Source: the human T2T-CHM13v2.0 reference genome, Homo sapiens. From it: a DNA stretch of 64,000 nt. The notes below the pieces were generated by a model. The model ran no database searches, was not told the origin of the DNA, and worked only from the letters and a program-made list of their open reading frames with translations. The stretch lies in assembly GCF_009914755.1 (NCBI RefSeq), contig NC_060935.1. One strand, written 5' to 3'. The position numbers and the translations under genes were made by a program. Shown here piece by piece: positions 54,457 to 64,000 of the stretch. Position 1 is the stretch's first letter, and each line of letters starts with the position of its first letter.

Positions 54457-54934
54457 GGATTTTTCTAGTGGTTAGAGGATAAGGCAAGAGTGAGAGTTCC
54501 CACATGTGACTTGAACTCCTACAGGTCAAAAACTGTGAGCATTACAGTTTCTTTTCTCACTTCAGACTTCCCACACCTCGTCTTCCCAATTACTCTGAGC
54601 AGAAGATCTTTCATCATATCTTATTGAGAAATGGAAGCAACCTAACTGAACTCCATCTTCCCACTTCCAGTTTCCCTGCATCTAAACCATACTGTTTACA
54701 TTCCCTTTTCTTACAGTATATGGAGTGTCACTGTTCCTATCAAAGGTCAGTTTTCACTTGTACTCTGGATTCTGTCTTCTCTATTCTTCTCAGGGTCTTT
54801 ATTTCAGCCATTGTTTCCCTCTGCTTCTCTCTCTAAGCAATCCTCTCATGCAGAGATGATCTAGTATCTCCTCCCTTGATCTCACATTCTCTCCAGCTAA
54901 CATCTTTTTTTTTTTACTTCCTTATTTGGGGAAT

Positions 54935-55073
54935 ATAAATGAATTTTGTGTTTAGGCTTGGGTTCCATTCCCAAGTTATCTCATTATGTATATGCAAATA
55001 TTCCAAATTTCAAAAAATCAACAATCTGAAATACTTCTGGTCTCAAGCATTTCAGATGAGGGCTACTCAACCC
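54935..55073. mobile_element. Tigger4/MER46-type fragment
   Basis: ATGCAAATATTCCAAA...CAAGCATTTCAGATGAGGGCTACTCAACC followed by TA. Confidence 0.7.
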
Positions 55074-55370
55074 ATAAACCTTCAGGGCAAACGCCTTTCT
55101 GGACCACAGTGCTTCACTGCAAACTCAACATTCAAAGCATAACTCATTTATCTTCTACTTCAAAGTGAAGGAAGCATAATCTAGCTGTCCTGTGTTAGGT
55201 ATTTTAAATATGGAAATCCTGATATTCATAACAAATACATGATAGTATTATCTGCATATTATGAAAAAATGAAATTTAGAGAGTTGAAATAACAAGGCTC
55301 AGGTCTTGCATAAGAAAATAAATTAATCAAATCAGAGTTAATGAATATAATAAAATAACTGAAAGGTTTT

Positions 55371-55738
55371 GATTTTTTTTTGCATTTTTTATTTCCATAG
55401 GTTTTGGGGGAACAGGTGTATTTGGTTACATGAGTAAGTTCTTTAGTGATGATTTGTGAGATTTTGGTGCACCCAACACCTGAGCAGTATACATTGAACC
55501 CAGTTTGTAGTCTTTTATCCCTCAGCCCCTTCCCACCCTTTCTTCCTGATTCCCCGAAGTCCATTGTGTCATTCTTATGCCTTTGCATCCTCACAGCTTA
55601 GCTCCCACTTGTGAGTGAGAACATACCATGTTTGGATTGCCATTCCTGAGTTACTTCACTTAGAATAATAATCTCCAATCCCACCCAGGTTGCTGCAAAG
55701 GCTATTAATTCTTTCCTTTTTATGACTGAGTAGTATTT

Positions 55739-55782
<44 letters not shown>

Positions 55783-58700
55783 ATCACAGTTTCTTTATCC
55801 ACTTGTTGATTGATGGGTATTTGGCATTTGGCATTTGGGTTGGTTCCACATTTTTGCAATTGCGAATTGTGCTGCTATAAACATGACTGTGTAAGTATCT
55901 TTTTCATATAATGAATTCTTTCCCTCTGGGTAGATACCCAGTAGCGAGATTGCTCGATCAAATTATAGTTCTACTTTTGGTCCTTGAAGGAATCTCCATA
56001 CTGTTTTCCATAGTGGTTTTACTAGTCTGCATACCCACCAGCAGTGTAGAAGTGTTCTCTCTTCACTGCATCCATGCCAACATCTATTTTTTTTAATTTT
56101 TTTTATTATGGCCATTCTTGCAGGAGTAAAATAGTATCACATTGTGGTTTTGATTTGCATTTCCCTAATTACTAGAGATGTTGTGCATTTTTTCTTATGA
56201 TTGTTGGACATTTGTATACCTTCCTTTGAGAATTGTCTATTCATGTGCTTAGCGCACTTTTTGATGGGATTGTTTGTTTTTTCCTTGCTGACTTGTTTGA
56301 GTTCATGTCAATTCTGAATATTAATCCCTTGTCATATGTATAGATTGTGAAGATTTTCTCCCACTTTGCAGGTTGTTTGTTTACTCTGCTCAATGTTCCA
56401 TTTGCCGTGCAAAATCTCTTTAGTTAATTAAGTCCTACCTATTTATCTTTGTTTTCATTGCATTTGCTTTTGGGTTCTTAGTCATGAAATTCTTGCCTAA
56501 GCCAATGTCAAGAAGGGTTTTTCTGATGTTATCTTCTAGAATTTTCATAGTTTTAGGTCTTTAAGTCCTTAATCCATCTTGGGTTGATTTTTGTATAATG
56601 TGAGAGATGAGGATCCAGTTTCATTCTCCTACACGTGGCTAGCCAATTATCCCAGCACCATTGGTTGAATTTGGTGTCCTTTCCCCACTTTAGGTTTTTG
56701 TTTGCTTTGTCAAATAACAGTTGGCTCTAAGTATTTGGCTTTATTGCTTGGTTCTCCATTCTGTTCCATTGGTCTATGTGCCTATTTTTATACCAGTTCC
56801 ATGATGTTTTGGTGACTTTGACCTTATAGCATAGTTTGAAATCAGTTAATGTGATGCCTCCAGATTTGTTCTTTTTGCTTAGTCTTGCTTTGGCTATGTG
56901 TGCTCTTTTTTGGCTCCATATGAATTTTAGGATTGTTTTTTCTAGTTCTGTGAAGAATGATGGTGATATTTTGATGGGAATTGCATTGAATTTGAAGGTT
57001 GCTTTTGGCAGTACAGCCATTTTCACAATATTGATTCTACCCACCCATTTATGAGCATGAAATGTGTTTCCATTTATTTGTGTCTATGGTTTCTTTCAGC
57101 AATGTTTTCTAGTTTTCCTTGTAGAGGTCTTTCACCTCCTTGGTTAGGTATATTCCTAAGTATTTTATTTTATTTTTTGCATCTATTCTAAAAGGGGTTG
57201 AGTTCTTGATTTGATTCTCAGCTAGGTTGCTGTTGGTGTGGAAAAGAGCTACTGATTTGTATACATTAATTTTGTATCCTTAAACTTTGCTGAATTTATT
57301 TACCAGTTATAGGAGCTTTTTGGATGAGTCTTTAGGGTTTTCTAGGTATACAATCTTATCATCAGCAAGCAGCGAAAGTTTGACACCCTCTTTACCATTT
57401 TGAATGCCCTTTATTTATTTCTCTTGTCTGATTGCTCTAAATAGAACTTCTAGTACAATGTTGAATAGAAGTCATAAGAGTGGGCATCCCTGTCTTATTC
57501 CAGTTCTCAGAGGGAATGCTTTCAACTTTTCCCCATTCAGCATTATGTTGGCTGTGGTTTTGTCACAGATGGCTTTTATTACATTGAGATATGTCCGTTG
57601 TATGCTAATTTTGCTGCTGAGGGTTTTAATCATGAAGGGATGCTGAATTTTGTCAAATGCATTTTCTGCATCTATTGAGATGATCATGTGATTTTTGTTT
57701 TTTAATTTTGTTTGTGGTGTATCACATTTATTGACTTGCATATGTTAAACCATTCCTGCATCCCTAGTATGAAACCCACTTGATCATGGCGGATTATCTT
57801 TTTGATATGTTGCTGGATTTGGTTAGATAGTATTTTGTTAAATACTTTTGCATGTATTTTCATCAAGGATATTGGTCCATAGTTTTATTTTTCTGTTATG
57901 TCCTTTCCTGGTTTTGGTATTTAGAGTGATACTGGTTTCATAGAATGATTTAGGGAGGATTCCCTCTTTCTCAGTCTTGTGGAATAGTGTCAATACGATT
58001 GGTACCAATTCTTATTTGAATGTCTGGTAGAATTCAGCTGTGAATCTGTCTGGTCCTGGACTTTCTTTGTTGGTAATTTTTTTAAATTACCATTTCAATC
58101 TCACTGCTTGTTACTTTTGGTCTGTTCAGGGTATCTAATTATTCCTGATTTAAGCTAGGAGGGTTGTATCTTTCCAGGAATTTATCCATCTCCTCTAGGC
58201 TTTCTAGTACATGTGCATAAAAGTGTTCATAGTAGCCTTGAATGATCTTTTGTATTTCTGTGGTGTCAGTTGTAATATCTCCCATTTTGTTTCTAATTGA
58301 GTTTATTTAGATTTTTCTCTCTTCTTTTCTTGGCTAATCTTGCTAATGCTGTATCAACTTTTTAAAAATCTTTTCAAAGAACCAGCATTTTGTTACATTT
58401 ATCTTTTGTATTGTTTTTTGTTTGTTTCAATTTCATTTAGTTCTGCTCTGATCTTGGTTATTTCCTTTCTTCTGCTGGGTTTGGTTTGTTGTTGTTTCTC
58501 TAGTTTCTTGAGGTGTGACCTTAGACTGTCTATTTGTGCTCTTTCAGACTTTTTGATGTAGGCATTTAGGGCTATGAACTTCCCTCTTATTACCGCCTTT
58601 GCTTTATCCCAGAGGTTTCGATAGGTTGTGTCACTAATATCATTCAGTTCAAAGAATTTTTAAAATTTCCATCTGGATTTCCTTGTTGACCCAATGATCA

Positions 58701-61700
58701 TTCAAGAGCAGGTTGTTTAATTTCCATGTATTTGCATGGTTTTGAAGGTTCCTGTTGGAGTTGATTTCCAGTTTTGTTCCACTGTGATCTGAGAGAGTAT
58801 TTGATATTTCAGTTTTCTTAACTTTTTTGATACTTGTTTTGTGACCCACTACATGGTCTATCTTAGAGAATGTTCAATGTGCTGATGAATAAATATATAT
58901 TCTGTGGTTGTTGGGTAGAATGTTCTGTAAATATCTGTTAAGTCCATTTGTTGTGGGGTATAGTTTAAGTCCATTATTTCTTTATTGACTTTCTGTCTTG
59001 ATGATCTCTCTAGTGCTGTTAGTGGAGTATTGAAGTCCCCCACTATTATTGTGTTGCTGTCTATCTCATTCCTTAGGTGTACTAGTAATTGTTTTATAAA
59101 TTTGGTAGCTCCAGTGTTAGGTGCATATGTATTTAGGATTGTGATAATTTTCTGTTGGACAAGGCCTTTTATCATTACGTAATGTCCACCTTTGTCTTTT
59201 TGAACTGCTGTTGCTTTAAAGTTTGTTTTGTCTGGTATAAGAATAGTCATTCCTGTTAGCTTTTAGTGTACATTTGCATGGAATGTCTTTTTTTTACCCC
59301 TTTACCTTAAGTTTATGTGAGTCCTAGTGTGTTAGGTGAGTCTCTTGAAGGCAGCAGGTAGTTGGTTGGTGAATTTTTATCCAACCTGCAATTCTGTATC
59401 TTTTAAATGGAGCATTTAGGTCATTCGATGTTAGTATTGAGATGTGAGGTACTATCCCATTTATCATGCTATTTGTTGCCTATATGCCTTTTCTTTTTGT
59501 ATCTTTGTTTTATAGGTCCTGTGAGATTTATGCTTTAAAGAGGTTCTGTTTTGATGTGTTTCCAGAATTTGTTTCAAGATTTAGAGCTCCTTTTAGCTGT
59601 TCTTGTAGTCCTAGCTTAGTAGTGGTAAATTCTCTCAGCATTTGTTTTTCTGAAAAAGACTGAATCTTTCCATCCTTTATGAAGCTTAGTTTCACTGGAT
59701 ACCAAATTCTTGGCTGATAATTTTTTTTTTTAAGGAGGCTGAATAGGGCCCCAATTTCTTCTAGCTTGCAGGGTTTCTGCTGAGAAATCTGCTGTTAATC
59801 TGATAGGTTTTCATTTATAAGTTGCTTGCTGCTTTTGCCTCACAGCTATTAAGATTCTTTCCTTCATCTTGACTTCACATAACCTGATGACAGTGTGCCT
59901 AGGTGATGATATTTTTGTGATGAATTTTCCAGATATTCTTTGAGCTTCTTGTATTTGGATATCTACATCCCCAGCAAGGCTGGGGAAGTCTATCTCAAGT
60001 ATTTCCCCAAATATGTTTTCCAAACTTTTAGATGTCTTTTCTTTCTCAGGAATGCCAATTATTCTTAGGTTTGGTCATTTAACATAATCCCAAACTTCTT
60101 GGAGACTTTGTTCATTTTTTAAAATTATTTTTTCTTTGTCTTTGTTGTATTGGGTTGACTCAAAAATCTTGTCTTCGAGCTGTGTAGTTCTTTCCTCTGC
60201 TTGTTCGATTCTATTGCTGAGGCTGTCCAGAACATTTTGCGTTTCCCAAAGTGTGTTCTTTATTTCCTGAAGTTTTGATTGATTTTTATTTATGCTATCT
60301 ATTTCACTGAAGATTTCTCCCCTCATTTCTTGTATCATTTTTTTTTATTTCCTTATATTGGACCTCACCTTTCTCTGGTGCCTCCTTGATTAACTTAATA
60401 ACAAATTTATTTTTCAGGTAAATCAGGGATTTCTTCTTGGTTTGGTGACCTAGTGTGATTTTGGCAGGGAGTTAAAGAACCTTGTTCTGTCATATTACCA
60501 GAATTGTTTTTCTGGTTCCTTCTCATTTGGGTAAGCTATGCCAGAGGGAAAATCTAGGGCTCAAGGCTGCTGTTCAGATTTTTTTGTCCCACAGGGTGTT
60601 CCCTTGACATAGAACTCTCCCCCTTTTCCTAGGGATGTGGCTTCCTGAGAACTGAGCTGCAGTGATTGTTATCTCTCTTCTGAATCTAGCCACCCAGCAG
60701 GTCTACCAGGCTCTGAGCTGGTACTGGGGATTGTCTGCACAGAGTCCTGTGAGGTGAATCATCTGCAGATCTCTCAGCCATAGATACTAACATCTGCTCT
60801 GGTGGAGGTGGTAGGGGGGTGAAATGGACTTTGTGAGGGTCCTTAATTTTGGTTGTTTAGTGCACTATTTTTATGCTGGTTGGCCTCCTGCCAGGAGGTG
60901 GCACTTTTAGGAGAGTATCAGCTCTGGTAGTATAGGGAGGCTTAGGTGGTGAGTGGGGCCCTAGAACTCCTGAGTATTTGTCCTTTGCCTTCAGCTACCA
61001 GGGTGGGTAGAAAAGAACCATCAGGTGGGGGCAGGGCTAGGCATGACTGAACTCAGGCTCTCCTTGGGCAGGTCTTGCTGTGGCTGCTGTGGGGGATTGG
61101 GGTGTTGTTCCCAAGACCATGGAGTTATGTTCCCAGGAGAATTATGCTGCCTCTGGTGTGTCATGCAGGTTGTCAGGGAAGTGAGGGAAAGCCAGCAGTC
61201 ACAGGCCTCACCCAGCTCCCATGCAACCCAAAAGGCCGGTCTCACTCCCACTGTGCCCCCCTTCAATAGTACCAAGTCTGTTTCCAGGCAGTGGGTGAGC
61301 AGGGTTGAGAACTTGCCCCAGGCTATCAGCCTCCCAGCTGCAAAAGCAAGCAGGGCTTTTGGGCCTGTGGAGTCTGCACACTGGATTCATGCTCTCCCCA
61401 AGTTCTGGCCAAGAGACTTTGCACTTGGTTGTAATTGTTAAAAGTTCAGCTGGAGGTTTCCTTCTCCATGTGGTCTTTTCCTGGTACCCCTGGCAGCCCT
61501 CCCCAAGGACCCCTGTGAGACAAAGCAGAAATGGCTTCCCAGGGGACCCAGAGAGCCTACAGAGCTTTTCCCACAGCTTTCTCTACCCTTGTATTTTGCT
61601 CAGCTCTCTAAATTTACTCAGCTCCAGGTAAGGTCAGAATCTTCTCCTGTGATCTAGACTTTCAGATTCCCCAGTGAGGGTATGTGTTCGGGGGTGGACA

Positions 61701-61930
61701 GTCCCCCTTTCCCACTTCCACAGCTTAGGCACTCATAGTATTTGGGGTGTCTCCTGGGTCCTATAGGAGCAATCTGCTTCCTTTAGAGGGTCTGTGGGTT
61801 CTCTCAGCTTTCCTGGATTATTCCTGCAGTAGTTCTGGAGCAAAAGTTCACAATGAGATTCTCTACACTCTGCTCTGTCCATCCAAGTGGGAGCTGTAAT
61901 CTAGTCCTGCCTCCTATCTGCCATAATCTA
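55371..61930 (-). mobile_element. Near full-length L1PB (~6.5 kb; ORF1/ORF2 disrupted)
   Basis: L1PB-type 3' UTR; ORF2 RT (57472..57741, [16 protein letters not shown]); endonuclease (58858..59250, IIVGDFNTPL); ORF1 (59811..60338); ~1.4-kb 5' UTR. Confidence 0.93.
55741..55781. repeat. (GT)~20 microsatellite inside the L1PB 3' region
   Basis: Read directly from sequence. Confidence 0.95.
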
Positions 61931-64000
61931 GCCAAGTTTTCGTGATCTTATTCTATTGGCTCAAACAAGAAGGAATGATTCTCTTTGGCTAATGAAAACC
62001 CAGAGAGAAGGGACATGAAAAGTCAAAAGGGAAGAAATCACAGGTCAGTAGGTGGGCAGATAAGGACAAATAATATTTATTTTTCTGGCTGACAACTACC
62101 TCCTTGGTCTGGCTTTTCTACAGTTCATCAATGGCTTTACCTCCATAAGCACCAGGAGTTAATTTTAGTGTCTATTCATCTGGCCCTGGTGATCTTCAGA
62201 GAACATTCTGTAGGTGCTGTGTGGACATAGTCTTTCCCCACTTCTACCACTTGCCTCCTGCCAGTGATCACTCAGCAGCCCCTTACCTAAGAGAAGACAC
62301 CTCTGAGAGCCTACTCAGTGACTGTCATGCCATCCTATGACCTGAGACTGAGGTTCACTCTGGTTGCTGTATTTTCCATACTCTACCCTGGGAGCCATGT
62401 GTACCAAGAACAGTCCCCTGGCTTCTAGCAGGACATGGCTATCTATGTTTTGTGACTGGTACATTGGAGGGTAATTAGAAATGTGGCTTAAAAAAATGGG
62501 TGAGTTACATCATGTTTTCTTTTAGGTTGGCTGGATATGCAGCAGAGAAAAACAAGGTCTGCTGTCAGGAAGCTTACAGTCTACTAGAGGGAAACAGAAA
62601 ATAACAACAAGATGAGTTATTATGTAATGTGATGGAATTAATGGTAGACTCTTATTAGGAATAGCAATGCATTACTGCAGTCACATACATCAGTGTGAAT
62701 TTACTTCTCCTTTTCTTTCCAAAGGGACAACTGTCTGAACAAAAGTTTTGAATATTAGGAGGAGAGGAGGGAGAGCACAGTGTAACTAAGAATCTTAGTT
62801 TTGACAGAGACCACACAAAGTGGAAAAGATGACAGAAGGAGAAGTTAGAAGATCCTTAAGAAAAATGTGACTGTTGCAGAGCTTTCTCTGTGTTGGCCTT
62901 TTCTACAGTATTGTTGTATTTACTTGCTCCAAGTACTGACTAGGTCATCATGACATTAACCTGCGAACAGACTTATTTCAGCTTTGAATAGCCTGACCTG
63001 TTGCTTCAATGCCATATGAATAGGACTCATAATACCTGCTTTGGCTACGAATATGATACCTGGCCCGCTCCCACCTCCCTCTCCTTCCCAGAGGTTTTCA
63101 CAGAAGCCTTTATATCAAGTAGGTCTGAGAAGTCGTCCTGCCTGTGTAACCCTGAACACAGTTTGAGTACAATAAAAGGAGCGTTAGAACGTGATGTAAT
63201 AGAAATCTCAAAGAAATGTTTTCTTCTCATTCTCATGTTTGATTTAAGGCTGTTCACAGATTGTCAGGACTCACTTTAGTTACTGCAATTCAGGTCAAGA
63301 TGTCTAAATGTGAGTGAATCAAAAAGCCATTATGACCTGAGAAGTGTCTCATCAATTACCTTGTAGACTGTAGAGACCAAAACCTTATTATGTCAAGAGC
63401 ACATTGACTAGTTGGAGAGAAAGGAGTGTTTTGGCTTTCCTTACTTATCTATTTGAAGCACATAAACTATTAACAATGTTAAGATTTTGACATTTAACTT
63501 CAAGCCTGAGAAAACAAAGGGAATGTGTTGTTCTTCTGTTTCCATATGGATGTAAGATTTCTAGTTAAATATTCCTTAGTTATGTCTAACCAATGGAAGT
63601 ATACCTTTAGTTATAGAATTACAGATATATGGCATTATATTCACAATTATGAAAAACAATTATAATAAAAATTTTTTTATGACATTTATTTAAAAATTGG
63701 AGGATAGAAGCCTTAAAATGCCCAAGGAAAAGGACTTTTTGTGTGTATGTTTTTGTGTGTGTATATTTGTGTGTGTGTGCATTTTTCTATTATTACATCT
63801 GTAAACTATATGTATATAGGATTATATCATGCATATTGCTTTAGATGTTTGGTTATAAAGTCATTCATAATGCTAACCTTTTATTTATCTTAGTTTAAGA
63901 TCTGTCTCTATATGTTTTTAAGACATAAGGAGCCCTAAAATAAACACACACCCCAAATTAGAACTAAAAAATCATTAATATATTTTAAGCCTATGTGTGC

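Noticed and set aside
62980-63290. Overlapping 92-aa and 70-aa ORFs in unique sequence with nearby splice-like motifs
   Set aside because: No recognisable protein and no coherent acceptor-donor pair; not supportable without conservation data

Overview
Primate, almost certainly human, non-coding genomic DNA: AT-rich and dense in retroelements (Alu, L1PA/L1PB/L1M, L2, MIR, MaLR/ERVL/ERV1 LTRs). I recognise no host protein-coding gene. The left end holds the 5' part of a minus-strand HERV9 provirus (RT-pro-gag, PBS, LTR12), inserted into a much older decayed class III (ERV-L-like) gag-pro-pol remnant. Next is a complete plus-strand Harlequin/HERV-E-type provirus (two 462-bp LTR2s, tRNA-Glu PBS, ATAA TSD, mosaic interior with two different env remnants). 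The right end holds a near full-length minus-strand L1PB. The most unusual items are (i) a ~1-kb L1PA2-like mini-element that lost ORF1/ORF2 but kept its TSD, both promoters and an open ORF0, (ii) an alternating direct/inverted fold-back array at the junction of a ~50-nt Alu stub, and (iii) scattered splice-signal-bounded candidate exons that retroelement promoters might drive. Subfamily names come from my recollection of consensus sequences and need RepeatMasker/Dfam confirmation. I see no convincing evidence of a wholly new biological system.
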